Under the pieces are notes generated by a model, which had not been told where the DNA came from, ran no database searches, and saw nothing but the letters and a program-made list of their open reading frames with translations. The position numbers were made by a program, and so were the translations under genes. DNA of 64,000 nt from Gammaproteobacteria bacterium. Its GTDB lineage: Bacteria > Pseudomonadota > Gammaproteobacteria > GCA-002705445 > GCA-002716945. Of this stretch, positions 41,999-52,380 are shown piece after piece. Every line of letters begins with the position of its first letter. Positions within the stretch are counted from its first letter, which is position 1. The DNA is taken from NCBI GenBank assembly GCA_047611265.1, contig JBLFWM010000001.1:14592-78591 (forward strand). The letters run 5' to 3'.

Positions 41999-43195
41999 TT
42001 AATATCCCCTTTTAACAGCATGACTAATTTGTTGACGATTTTCAATTTGTATTCTAATCAATAGACCAATAAAAATAAACATCATTAGAAGATTGGTTCC
42101 CCCGTAACTAATAAATGGCAAACCCATCCCTTTAGTTGGAGCCAAGCCTGTGTTAACCATTATATGTATTAAAGCCTGATAAGTAATAAAAAAACCTATT
42201 GTAAAACTTAAATTTGAAGCAAATCTAAGATTATTGTCATTTGATTTATTAGCAAGTCTGATAATTCTAAAAAAAACTATACTAAATAAGATGAGCACAA
42301 TTAAGGAAAAAAATAATCCCAGTTCTTCAGCAATTAAAGCAAATATAAAGTCATTATATGATTCGGGTAAGTAGCTTAGCTTCTGAACACTAGAACCTAA
42401 CCCTAAGCCAAAAAATCCTCCTTTTCCAAATGCTAAAAGTGATGCTATAAGTTGATAACCACCTCCAGACTGATCATCCCAAGGGTTCATGAAGGATACA
42501 AGTCTCTTAAGCCTATATGGTACATAGAGTATTAATGGAATAGCTGCTAGAACAGCCAGTGATATATAAGAAAATAAATATTTTAAATGCAATCCTGCCA
42601 CTAACATTAAAGAAAAGAATGTAAAAACAAGTAGCGCTGTGCTCCCAAAGTCTTTCTGATAAAGAATAATTAAGGATAACGCAACAATCATGAATAAACA
42701 TTTATTGAAGCTCTTATTCACATCATGTTTGACAATGAATCCAGAAATCCAAAACATCACAAATAGTCTTGATACTTCAGAAACCTGTATAGTTATGAAA
42801 CCTAAATCAAGCCATCTTCTTGCTCCATTTATTTCTTTTCCTAATCCAGGAATGAAGATTATCAATGAAATGATAAAGGAAAATAATAAAAAATATTTTC
42901 CATAATCATAATAAAAGCTTAGTTTAATTTTAGAGATTATAACTGAAAGAACTATTCCCATAGATAAATAGATTAAATGTTTAGTAATAAAATAATAGGG
43001 ACTTGATTTCTCATCCGCCGCATAATCAAGTGTTGCGGAGGTGATCATTATCAGCCCTATAGATAATAAAGCAACAAAACATATGATCAAAGTATGATCT
43101 ATGCCTTGGCTTTCACTAATTAATATATTTTTTTTAATAAAATCACTTAACAAGATTTTGAACCGCAGAGATAAATGCAGCACCTCTTTCTTCAT
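41999..43195 (-). CDS. ftsW: Peptidoglycan glycosyltransferase / lipid II flippase FtsW (SEDS family)
   Basis: Polytopic SEDS protein (GLGxS, PESYNDFIF, LPFISYGG). The start is uncertain. The ORF-track start at 43306 overlaps murD by 164 nt. ATG 43195, GTG 43183 and TTG 43153 are alternatives. Confidence 0.85.
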   Translation of the reverse strand: MKKEVLHLSLRFKILLSDFIKKNILISESQGIDHTLIICFVALLSIGLIMITSATLDYAADEKSSPYYFITKHLIYLSMGIVLSVIISKIKLSFYYDYGKYFLLFSFIISLIIFIPGLGKEINGARRWLDLGFITIQVSEVSRLFVMFWISGFIVKHDVNKSFNKCLFMIVALSLIILYQKDFGSTALLVFTFFSLMLVAGLHLKYLFSYISLAVLAAIPLILYVPYRLKRLVSFMNPWDDQSGGGYQLIASLLAFGKGGFFGLGLGSSVQKLSYLPESYNDFIFALIAEELGLFFSLIVLILFSIVFFRIIRLANKSNDNNLRFASNLSFTIGFFITYQALIHIMVNTGLAPTKGMGLPFISYGGTNLLMMFIFIGLLIRIQIENRQQISHAVKRGY

Positions 43196-44450
43196 AATTC
43201 TTAAACATATCAAAACTTGGACTAGCAGGAGATAATAAAATATTATCATTAACTGAAGAGTGTGATCGTGATATTTCAACAGCAGATTCAATACTCTTAG
43301 CATCAATCGTTTTAGCAGTTATCTTTAACTGTCTCTTAATGTATTCCTTATTTTCACCAATAAATATTACAAGCTTAACCTTCTGATTTATTAGAGGGCT
43401 TAATGATTCATAACTCATATCTTTCATCGACCCACCAAGTATTAAAATAATTTTCTCATCGATACATTCCAAAGCAGCTTTTGTTGATGCACAATTTGTA
43501 GACTTTGAATCATTATACCAATTTATATTGTCTGATGACTCAATCAACTCTATCCTATGAGGTAAATAATTAAAATCATTTAAAGAATTTAAAGCATTCT
43601 CAACATCAATCTTAATTATATTCAATACAGAGATGACTCCTAATATATTTTCAAGATTATGTTTTCCTTTATATTCTAGATTTTTATTTTTAAAATATAT
43701 TTTTAAACTATCATAATGCAGATCTTTGATTATAGAACCATTAACTATAACTTCTTCAGTATTAGTTATGCCATAAGTCTTAATGTTTTTTATATCACCA
43801 ATTAAATGATCAATTGAATTTGAAGCTAAAGAAAAAGATGAATCTTTATATATTGATAGCTTTATCTTTGAATAATTTTCTATATTTTTATGTCGTTCTA
43901 GATGATCATAGTCAATATTCGTAATAACACTAATGCATGATTTTAAATCTGACATATACTCAAGCTGATAACTAGACAATTCAAGTATAATATAATCATA
44001 AAAATTATTTATGATTGAAAGAGGAGGTATTCCATTGTTTCCGCATGCAATACAGTTATAACCTATTTTATTGAATGCATGTTTTAGCATTGTTACCATG
44101 GTAGTCTTTCCATTGGTTCCAGTAACGGATATTAATTTAATATCAGAGTATCTTTTAAAAATATCAATATCTGTTATCACATCAATATTATGTTTCTTAA
44201 TATCTTTAAATATCTTGTGATTCTTATCTAGACCTGGACTAATTATTACTTCATCAATATTATTTAGAAAATTAACTGGATATTCTTTGAAATAAATAGA
44301 ATTAGGATTAATATCTCCAAAATCATAATCAATGAAATAGTCTTTACCTCTAGTATCAAATATCTTAAAAAGGATATCTTTAGATTTAAAAAAATCTGCA
44401 CATGACATACCTGTGACACCAATACCTAGTATTAATTTATTTTTTGACAT
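43143..44450 (-). CDS. murD: UDP-N-acetylmuramoylalanine--D-glutamate ligase
   Basis: GIGVTGMS N-terminus and Mur ligase P-loop GTNGKTT. 435 aa. Located between mraY and ftsW. Confidence 0.9.
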   Translation of the reverse strand: MSKNKLILGIGVTGMSCADFFKSKDILFKIFDTRGKDYFIDYDFGDINPNSIYFKEYPVNFLNNIDEVIISPGLDKNHKIFKDIKKHNIDVITDIDIFKRYSDIKLISVTGTNGKTTMVTMLKHAFNKIGYNCIACGNNGIPPLSIINNFYDYIILELSSYQLEYMSDLKSCISVITNIDYDHLERHKNIENYSKIKLSIYKDSSFSLASNSIDHLIGDIKNIKTYGITNTEEVIVNGSIIKDLHYDSLKIYFKNKNLEYKGKHNLENILGVISVLNIIKIDVENALNSLNDFNYLPHRIELIESSDNINWYNDSKSTNCASTKAALECIDEKIILILGGSMKDMSYESLSPLINQKVKLVIFIGENKEYIKRQLKITAKTIDAKSIESAVEISRSHSSVNDNILLSPASPSFDMFKNYEERGAAFISAVQNLVK

Positions 44451-44451
44451 T

Positions 44452-45537
44452 TTATCTAATTTTTAATGATGTTAGAGCTATAAGAACCAACACAAATGTT
44501 ATAATCCAAAAGCGAACAATAATTTTGGGTTCTGGCCAACCTTTGAGTTCAAAATGATGATGAATAGGTGACATTTTAAAAACTCTTTTGCCAAATAATT
44601 TAAACGAGGTTACTTGGATTATTACAGATAAAGCTTCTACAATGAAAACACCGCCCATTATTGCATACACAATCTCTAGCCTTAGCAAAATTGCAATTGT
44701 AGCCAAAACAGCACCTAGCGATAAAGATCCTACGTCACCCATAAATACTTCAGCAGGATATGAGTTATACCAAAGAAAACCAAGTCCTGCGCCAACAATA
44801 GTACTAGAGAATATTGCAACTTCAGATACTCCGGGAAGATAAGGAATTAATAAATAATTAGCAATATTAAAATTACCTTCGACATAAGCAAATAAAACAA
44901 ATGCAGCAGCAATTAATATGCAAGGTAAAATAGCAAGTCCATCTAAACCATCGGTTAAATTTACTGCATTACTTGAACCAATTATGACTAATATCGACCA
45001 AGGAATAAAAAATATTCCAAGATATAATGCGAAATTTTTAAAAAAAGGCAGCATTAGTTCTAATTCTATCAAACTTGTTGATCTACTGAATATAAAATAA
45101 GCTATAAAACCAGCGATAATAATTTGAAATATTAATTTTTTCTTTCCGCTTATACCATCACTTGATGAATGAATGAATTTTTTATAATCATCATAGAAAC
45201 CAAGAACTCCAAACGATATCAATGTAAATGATAATATCCATATATTTTTATTTAAAATATCTGACCAAAGTAATGTACTCAATATTATAGATACAATTAT
45301 TATAAGTCCTCCCATGGATGGTGTTTGAGACTTATTTTTAATATGTGATTTTGGCCCATCATTTCTTATGCTTTGATATAATTTTTTATTATTCAGATAA
45401 TTAATTACAATAGGTCCAAGCACCAAAGAAATTACTAGAGCTGTTAGAGCGGCTAATATAATTCTTAATGTAAGATAATGAAAAACATCAAATCCAGAAT
45501 TATATTGGGCTAAATAGTCAAATAAATAATAAAGCAT
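44452..45537 (-). CDS. mraY: Phospho-N-acetylmuramoyl-pentapeptide transferase
   Basis: 361 aa membrane protein with KSQTPSMGG, NAVNLTDGLDGLA and MGDVGSL motifs. Confidence 0.95.
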   Translation of the reverse strand: MLYYLFDYLAQYNSGFDVFHYLTLRIILAALTALVISLVLGPIVINYLNNKKLYQSIRNDGPKSHIKNKSQTPSMGGLIIIVSIILSTLLWSDILNKNIWILSFTLISFGVLGFYDDYKKFIHSSSDGISGKKKLIFQIIIAGFIAYFIFSRSTSLIELELMLPFFKNFALYLGIFFIPWSILVIIGSSNAVNLTDGLDGLAILPCILIAAAFVLFAYVEGNFNIANYLLIPYLPGVSEVAIFSSTIVGAGLGFLWYNSYPAEVFMGDVGSLSLGAVLATIAILLRLEIVYAIMGGVFIVEALSVIIQVTSFKLFGKRVFKMSPIHHHFELKGWPEPKIIVRFWIITFVLVLIALTSLKIR

Positions 45538-45544
45538 ATAGGTA

Positions 45545-46885
45545 TTAATTTTTCCTTTCAGTTAATGCATTCACAATAATTTCAAATTTCATAAAACGCG
45601 ATGCTTTGACTAAGATACTAACATTATCATTGAGTTGTGGCTTGATAAAAATAATTAGTGCCTCAGTTGAATCAAATGCATAAGAGTTTTGACCAAATTC
45701 ATCAAGAATTGTGCTTGCATGTTTACTAATTACAAATAATTTTTTGACCCCCATATTATATGCATAGCGCGCCACTTGCTTATGATATAGCTCAGAATTT
45801 TCACCTAATTCGCCCATCTCACCCATAACAAGCCATGGCTCGCAATCTAATCTTACAAGTGAATTAATTGAGGCTATAAAAGATTGTGGATTAGCATTAT
45901 AAGAACTATCAATAACTTTTGACCCATTATGTCCTTTCTTTATACCAAACCTTCCATCTACATCATTGTAGTTATGAAGTCCTTTTATAACATTAGAAGA
46001 TCTAGCTCCAGCTTCATATGAAAGTGCTATTGAAAATAGAATGTTATTGAGAGTATGGGGCTCTAAATCATTTACATATAAATTTATAATATCCGAGTAT
46101 GGTGTTTTAACGCATATATCATGATCATTTGAGCTAGAGATATAATAATCAGCAGACTGGCTAACAGATATTGTAACAATTCTATTCTTATTAGCTTTTA
46201 ATGACCACCTTTCAAAATTATCATCATCCAGACTTAATATGACAGTTTTTAGATATCCTTGGTATGATAAAATCTCTTCCTTTGTCTTAATGATATTCTC
46301 AATACTTTTAAAACTATCCATATGAGCTGGAGAAACATTTAATAGGGCTACTATAGTTGGTTTTGCAATTTTTATTAATTCTTTTATATCACCAACTTTA
46401 CTAGCTCCCATTTCCAGAACAAAAACCTCATCCTCTTTTACCCCTTTTAATATTGATAATGGTAATCCTATTTGATTATTATAATTTCTATATGTACTCA
46501 ATGTTTGCTTACAGGTCCTAAGGATCATGGAAGTCATATTTGTCACAGAAGTTTTTCCATTCGTTCCAGTAATACCTATTACTATAGGATGGATCTTATC
46601 AGCATAAAATTTAGCAATACTAGCTAAAGCATCCGTCGTATCATCTACAGAGATACATGGAAAATTTTCCAATGTATTTTCAGAAATAATAAGTGATGCT
46701 CCATTTTTTATGGCATCATTAATAAACAGATGCCCATCATGATTATCACCTTTTATTGCAATAAATAATTCATTTTTATTAATTGTTCTAGAGTCAATAG
46801 AAATTCCATCAATAGAGACCAGAGTATGCATATTAATCACTTCTGATCTTAAGATATTTTCTAATTCTGATATTAATATATTCAT
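45545..46885 (-). CDS. murF: UDP-N-acetylmuramoyl-tripeptide--D-alanyl-D-alanine ligase
   Basis: Mur ligase P-loop GITGTNGKTS. 446 aa. Located between murE and mraY. Confidence 0.9.
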   Translation of the reverse strand: MNILISELENILRSEVINMHTLVSIDGISIDSRTINKNELFIAIKGDNHDGHLFINDAIKNGASLIISENTLENFPCISVDDTTDALASIAKFYADKIHPIVIGITGTNGKTSVTNMTSMILRTCKQTLSTYRNYNNQIGLPLSILKGVKEDEVFVLEMGASKVGDIKELIKIAKPTIVALLNVSPAHMDSFKSIENIIKTKEEILSYQGYLKTVILSLDDDNFERWSLKANKNRIVTISVSQSADYYISSSNDHDICVKTPYSDIINLYVNDLEPHTLNNILFSIALSYEAGARSSNVIKGLHNYNDVDGRFGIKKGHNGSKVIDSSYNANPQSFIASINSLVRLDCEPWLVMGEMGELGENSELYHKQVARYAYNMGVKKLFVISKHASTILDEFGQNSYAFDSTEALIIFIKPQLNDNVSILVKASRFMKFEIIVNALTERKN

Positions 46886-48288
46886 TTCAATAATTTCTTT
46901 AAATAATTTATATCATTATGACTTATAACTTTATTATTATAAATAATATTATCTTCATTGCCCTTTCCAGAAAAAATTATTACAGTATCTTTTGTAGACA
47001 TTGAAAATGCTTTCTTAATTGCTTTCTTTCTATTCGGTATAATGTAAATATTAGACTTATCTTTTATTTTCTTATGAATATCATCAATTATACTCATAGA
47101 ATCTTCATTCCTTGGGTTATCATCGGTTAGAATAATTTTATCAGAATATTTTTTAGCAATTATACCCATTCTAGACCTTTTACTGATATCACGATTTCCA
47201 CCACAACCAAACAAAGTTATTAAAAATAGTTTTCCAGATTGTATTTTTATATCTCTTAAAAGTAATTCTAGAGCATTTTCTGTATGCGCATAATCTATTA
47301 TATATATAGCATTATTTATTTTATCATTAAAATAATTCATACGCCCCTTAATGACTTTAAATTTCTTATTTAAGATAGATTTAATTTTATTTAACGAATA
47401 ACGCTCATTGAGGAGAAATTTATATAACAAAGAACGGTTAGATTTTAGAAAATTATCTTCTAATATATTTGATTCCTTAATTAAGTTATGTATTATCTTT
47501 TTATCTATATGACTTCCATAAAATATTGTTTTTGATTTTTTTATATTACTAAATTTAGAAATAGCATTCTTGCAATCTACATTTATAAAAATATTTCCTA
47601 TAGTCATATCCAGAAGTTTTTGTTTAGATTTCGCATAATTTTTAAATGTCTTATGGTATTCAATATGATCTTTCTTGAGATTTGTTACTATAGAATCATC
47701 AAAAACTATATGATTTAATCTTCCCTGATGTAAGCCTTGAGAAGAACATTCTATTATAATAACATCTACTTTTTTTCTTCTAAAACTGTCAAATGTTTTA
47801 TATAAAAGATCACTTCTTGGTGTTGTATAACCAGTATGTTTTAATCTTGGGTATACCCCGTTACCTTCTGTAGAGATTATACCAACCTTTTTACCTAATT
47901 TAGTCAAACTATCGGCAATAAGATGACAGGTCGATGTTTTACCGTCTGTACCAGTCACACCTATTATTTTTTTATTTTTAAGTGGCTCATTGTATAAATA
48001 ATCAAGAAATATATTTAAATTATTATTTAAATATTTTGATTTTAAAACTGGAATATCTTTTGTTAAGAGACTAACATCAATGGTAGTTGTTATAATTAAT
48101 CCAACAATTCCATTATCTATAGCCTCATTTATATAATTATACATGCTTTTTTTGGATGAATTACTCAGGACTAATATTTTGTTTTTACAATCATCTTTGC
48201 TATGAAAAGAAAATATTTTTTTAAATTTTATAAGCTTAGGATTAATCTCTTGTGTAAACTTAATTATATTTCTAATATCACTATTCAT
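46882..48288 (-). CDS. murE: UDP-N-acetylmuramoyl-L-alanyl-D-glutamate--2,6-diaminopimelate ligase
   Basis: GVTGTDGKTS P-loop and the DNPR motif (LTDDNPRNED) associated with meso-DAP specificity. Confidence 0.9.
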   Translation of the reverse strand: MNSDIRNIIKFTQEINPKLIKFKKIFSFHSKDDCKNKILVLSNSSKKSMYNYINEAIDNGIVGLIITTTIDVSLLTKDIPVLKSKYLNNNLNIFLDYLYNEPLKNKKIIGVTGTDGKTSTCHLIADSLTKLGKKVGIISTEGNGVYPRLKHTGYTTPRSDLLYKTFDSFRRKKVDVIIIECSSQGLHQGRLNHIVFDDSIVTNLKKDHIEYHKTFKNYAKSKQKLLDMTIGNIFINVDCKNAISKFSNIKKSKTIFYGSHIDKKIIHNLIKESNILEDNFLKSNRSLLYKFLLNERYSLNKIKSILNKKFKVIKGRMNYFNDKINNAIYIIDYAHTENALELLLRDIKIQSGKLFLITLFGCGGNRDISKRSRMGIIAKKYSDKIILTDDNPRNEDSMSIIDDIHKKIKDKSNIYIIPNRKKAIKKAFSMSTKDTVIIFSGKGNEDNIIYNNKVISHNDINYLKKLLK

Positions 48289-48291
48289 AAC

Positions 48292-49989
48292 CTACTTAAT
48301 ATCCGGATAAACTCTTAATAAATTTAATGAGTGACTCATAAATTCTTTAAATATAGGCGCAGCATGTCTTCCTCCTGATGCATTACCTTTTTTAGGATTA
48401 CGAACAATAATTGCAGCCACATACTCGGGCTTAGAAGCTGGCACAATACCTACAAATATTGCATTATGCTTATTTCTATTATATTTACCATTATCCATGG
48501 TTCTTGATGTGCCAGTTTTACCAGCAACAGAATATTTTTCTAATTTAGCTTTTCTTCCTGTCCCATCTATTTCAACAACAGATCTCATCATCTTTATAAT
48601 GTCTTTAGAAATATTTTTATTTAACACTTCATCATAATAAATTTCATTCTCATCTATTTTTTCATATGTTAATTGAATTTTTTTCCCATAATTAGCTAGC
48701 GTGACATAAGCGTTAGCTAAATGTAATAATGTTGCTGAAATTCCATACCCATAACTAATAGAAGCATGATCATCTTCAGACCATTCATTATAATGATGTA
48801 GGTTGCCATTCTGCTCACCAGGCCAGTCAATGTATAGGCTGCTACCAAAATCTAAGTCTTTCAATGTATTATATATATCCTCTTTATTGGTTTTTTTTGA
48901 TATGGTTGCCGCGCCGATATTGCTTGATTTCTGAATGATTCCTTCTAGATCTAAAAACCCCAAATCCTTATAATCTTTAAGAGGTTTATTTTTTAGTTGA
49001 AAACCTAAGGATGTATTAATGGTGTAATCATAGTCAACAGATTTTGTCTCTAACGCTGTATATACAGCAAATGGTTTCATGGTAGAGCCTGGTTCAAATG
49101 TATATGTAGCTGCTTTATTTCTTATCTTGTGCCCAGTCATCTCTTGTCTATTCTTAGGATTAAATGATGGGTAATTAACCATAGAAATTATTTCACCAGT
49201 TGTATTTTTTATTAAAACAAGTGATGCACTATCAGCATTACTCCTTTCAACATGTTCTTGTAAGATATCATACCCAATAAACTGAATCCTTTTATCTAAA
49301 GATAGATGTATATTCTGTCCAGGTATTGGTTTTTTAATAAGCTCAATTAATTCAACTGAGCGCCCAAGATTATCCTTCCTAACTTTTTTGATTCCCGGTG
49401 TAGGACTTAATTCTTTATTTTTTGAATACTCTATACCTGCCTGACCATTGTCATCAATATCTGTAAAGCCAATTATATTAGAGAAATATGAGCCTCCAAG
49501 ATAAACACGAGAAAATTCATCTATAAAATAGATATATGGCAGATTTAACTCTGTTATTTTTGAGGCAAGGTTATCATTAAGTTTTCTTTTTAAATAATAC
49601 TCTTTTTTATCTGAGTGCTTCTTTAATATTTTTGAAAAATCTTTTTTAGATAACCCAATCATCTTGAGTAACTTATTATAGTTTGTATTCTTTGTCTTCA
49701 GTAGTTGTTTAACTTTATAAACATTAATACATAATGTTTTTTTGGGTAAACTCATCGCAAGGATTTCACCATTTCGATCATAGATCATACCCCTATATTT
49801 TTTAATTATCCTGTGATCTATTTGACGTTTGTCTGCTACCTTGCTGAGATTAACTTTGCAGTCAGATTTATTGAATAAAAAACAATCAGTATCGAACCCT
49901 TGTAATAAAATAATTCTTACTATAATAAGAAGAAAAACTATGGAGACAATAAATAATATAAAATATTGTCTCCACCTATATTTACTCAA
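48292..49989 (-). CDS. ftsI: Peptidoglycan D,D-transpeptidase FtsI (PBP3)
   Basis: N-terminal TM anchor and penicillin-binding motifs STMK (GSTMKPF), SSN (KSSNIG) and KTG (GKTGTS). Confidence 0.9.
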   Translation of the reverse strand: MSKYRWRQYFILFIVSIVFLLIIVRIILLQGFDTDCFLFNKSDCKVNLSKVADKRQIDHRIIKKYRGMIYDRNGEILAMSLPKKTLCINVYKVKQLLKTKNTNYNKLLKMIGLSKKDFSKILKKHSDKKEYYLKRKLNDNLASKITELNLPYIYFIDEFSRVYLGGSYFSNIIGFTDIDDNGQAGIEYSKNKELSPTPGIKKVRKDNLGRSVELIELIKKPIPGQNIHLSLDKRIQFIGYDILQEHVERSNADSASLVLIKNTTGEIISMVNYPSFNPKNRQEMTGHKIRNKAATYTFEPGSTMKPFAVYTALETKSVDYDYTINTSLGFQLKNKPLKDYKDLGFLDLEGIIQKSSNIGAATISKKTNKEDIYNTLKDLDFGSSLYIDWPGEQNGNLHHYNEWSEDDHASISYGYGISATLLHLANAYVTLANYGKKIQLTYEKIDENEIYYDEVLNKNISKDIIKMMRSVVEIDGTGRKAKLEKYSVAGKTGTSRTMDNGKYNRNKHNAIFVGIVPASKPEYVAAIIVRNPKKGNASGGRHAAPIFKEFMSHSLNLLRVYPDIK

Positions 49990-50002
49990 GCTGTTACTTT
50001 TA

Positions 50003-51166
50003 TTAGTCAGCTTGTTGCCTTAAGAAGGCAGGGATATCTATATTCTCCGCCTTATCTTTTTCTGTAATTACATTACTAGTTACAGGATTACTATAACTAG
50101 ATATTGATGGCGATGAAACATTAGATGTTTTCATTGCCGCCATTGTTCCATTAGATGACGATGCACCTGCTTCATTATGAGAAAAATTTTCTTCAACTGG
50201 ATTTTCAGTAAATTCTTCAAAACCTGTTGCTATCAAAGTTACTCTTAATTCTCCCAAACTATCCTCTTCTTTTATACAGCCTACGATAACGGTTGCATCT
50301 TCATTTGCAATTTCTTTAACTTTCTCTCCAATTATACCGAACTCATTAGAAGTTAAATTTGCTCCAGCTGTAATATTAACTAGTACGCCACTTGCACCAT
50401 GCAAGTCTATATTATCTAATAGCGGACTATTTAATGCAGCTTGAACAGCTTCTTCAGCACGATTATCGCCTGTTGCGCAACCAGAACCCATCATTGCTTT
50501 TCCTCGACCTGACATTACAGTTTTAACATCAGCGAAGTCAACATTCATGAATCCTCTTATTGTTATAATTTCAGCTATACCTTTTACAGCGCCCCTCAAA
50601 ACATCATTTGCATTTTCAAAAGATGAAAATATTGAATTATCACCTCCAAACACTTCTGATAATTTTTCATTAGGTATTACAATTAGCGAATCAACCCATT
50701 CACTTAATGCCTCTATACCTTGCTCGGCATGTAACATTCTTTTAGCTCCTTCGAACTCATATGGTTTTGTTACAACAGCCACTGTTAATATCCCTGCATC
50801 TCTTGCGATTTGGGCAATGACTGATGCGGCTCCGGTACCGGTACCACCACCCATTCCTGCAGCAATAAATAACATGTCAGCACCTTCGATAGCAGAAGAT
50901 AATTCTTCTTTTGCTTCTAAAGCCGCCTGTCTTCCTTTTTCTGGATCAGCTCCCGCTCCTAGACCTTTAGTGATCTCTGATCCAATTTGTATCATTGTAG
51001 CGCCCTTTACATCTCTCAAAGCTTGAGAATCTGTATTTGCTAAAATAAATTCTACTCCATGAATCTTAGACTCAAGCATCGACATAACAGCATTACCGCC
51101 ACCGCCGCCAACACCAATTACCTTTATCACAGCATTCTGATTATACTCATTAACTAACTCAAACAT
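50003..51166 (-). CDS. ftsZ: Cell division GTPase FtsZ
   Basis: Contains VIGVGGGGGNAV, the tubulin signature GGGTGTGA, and the C-terminal anchor peptide DIPAFLRQQAD. A perfect GGAGGTG Shine-Dalgarno at 51171-51177 lies 4 nt before the ATG. Confidence 0.97.
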   Translation of the reverse strand: MFELVNEYNQNAVIKVIGVGGGGGNAVMSMLESKIHGVEFILANTDSQALRDVKGATMIQIGSEITKGLGAGADPEKGRQAALEAKEELSSAIEGADMLFIAAGMGGGTGTGAASVIAQIARDAGILTVAVVTKPYEFEGAKRMLHAEQGIEALSEWVDSLIVIPNEKLSEVFGGDNSIFSSFENANDVLRGAVKGIAEIITIRGFMNVDFADVKTVMSGRGKAMMGSGCATGDNRAEEAVQAALNSPLLDNIDLHGASGVLVNITAGANLTSNEFGIIGEKVKEIANEDATVIVGCIKEEDSLGELRVTLIATGFEEFTENPVEENFSHNEAGASSSNGTMAAMKTSNVSSPSISSYSNPVTSNVITEKDKAENIDIPAFLRQQAD

Positions 51167-51180
51167 ACTACACCTCCGGT

Positions 51181-51450
51181 TTATTCAACCAAATCTAAAT
51201 AAATTATTTTCTTTTTTGATGGAATTTCCATTCCAAGACTTTCCTTAAAATCAGTGTTTTCTACCTTCTGATTAATTAATTTTGCTTTAGTATCCAGCAA
51301 CCTCTTATGTTCATTTAATTCAAAAGATAGTTCTTGCTCAATATCTTCAATATTAATATTCATGGTTCTATTTTTATGCTTTAAATGAACAACGGTAAAC
51401 GCTGACATTGTGATAATAAATAATATAAATAAATTAAGCATAATCCTCAT
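51181..51450 (-). CDS. ftsL: Cell division protein FtsL
   Basis: 89 aa bitopic protein with a TM helix followed by a coiled-coil. Located after rsmH. Confidence 0.75.
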   Translation of the reverse strand: MRIMLNLFILFIITMSAFTVVHLKHKNRTMNINIEDIEQELSFELNEHKRLLDTKAKLINQKVENTDFKESLGMEIPSKKKIIYLDLVE

Positions 51451-52378
51451 TGGCTTTTTCCAGTATATTTAATTTCGCAGATCTAGATCTTGGGTTTAAA
51501 TCAACCTCATCCTTTTCGGGTTTAATTGACTTGGCAACAATATTGAACATTTTTTTTAAAAATTCACTTTTTATAGGTAAATTTCTTGGGGTAGAAATAT
51601 TTTCATCAGTTACTGCAAGAAAATCTTTAATTACTCTATCTTCTAACGAATGGTATGTTAAAAGTACTAATCGGCCTTTTGGAGCTAGAATATTGTAACT
51701 ATTACTTAATACGTCTTTTAAAACTTCCAGCTCTTTATTAATGAATATCCTTATAGCTTGAAATGTTCTTGTAGCATTATGTTTATGTTTTTCATTTTTA
51801 GGCATAGCTCTATCTATTATTTTAGCTAAGTGATCAGTATCTGAAATTTTTTCTTTATCTCTTTGATAAACTATTGCTCTAGCGATACGTCTCGAGTATC
51901 TTTCATCTCCATACTTCCAGATAACATATGATAGCGTTTGTTCATCAACAGTTTCTAACCATTCACAAGCAGAAATACCAGATGACCGATCAAACCTCAT
52001 ATCTATAGGTCCATTCTTATTAAAACTAAACCCTCTACCCGCTTCATCAAGATGGTGTGATGAAACACCCAAATCAAATAGAATTCCATTTATTGAACCA
52101 TGTATACCCCACTCTCTAGAAAAATTTTCTAATTCTGAAAAACATCCATGCTTAAGAGTGAATCTTTTATCGTTAGCAACATCTTCTCTGATCATATTGA
52201 TCGCATATTCATCTTTATCAACTGCATAGAGTCGACCGTCACTATCTAAAGAATCTAGAATTTTCTTTGAATGCCCACCAAATCCAAATGTTGCATCAAC
52301 ATATGTGCCGCTAGGAAGGATCTTCATGGCATCAATAGACTGATCAAGCATTACTGGTATATGTTTTGGCATAATCAT
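51434..52378 (-). CDS. rsmH: 16S rRNA (cytosine1402-N4)-methyltransferase
   Basis: HIPVML, DATFGFGGHS and DLGVSSHHLD motifs. Confidence 0.95.
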   Translation of the reverse strand: MIMPKHIPVMLDQSIDAMKILPSGTYVDATFGFGGHSKKILDSLDSDGRLYAVDKDEYAINMIREDVANDKRFTLKHGCFSELENFSREWGIHGSINGILFDLGVSSHHLDEAGRGFSFNKNGPIDMRFDRSSGISACEWLETVDEQTLSYVIWKYGDERYSRRIARAIVYQRDKEKISDTDHLAKIIDRAMPKNEKHKHNATRTFQAIRIFINKELEVLKDVLSNSYNILAPKGRLVLLTYHSLEDRVIKDFLAVTDENISTPRNLPIKSEFLKKMFNIVAKSIKPEKDEVDLNPRSRSAKLNILEKANEDYA

Positions 52379-52380
52379 TA

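Noticed and set aside
43196-43306. Apparent 164-nt overlap between the ftsW ORF and murD.
   Set aside because: It is most likely an artefact of an open upstream frame. The conserved FtsW core begins near ESQGIDHTLII. Plausible starts at 43195, 43183 or 43153 reduce the overlap to 11-53 nt. The exact start remains unresolved.
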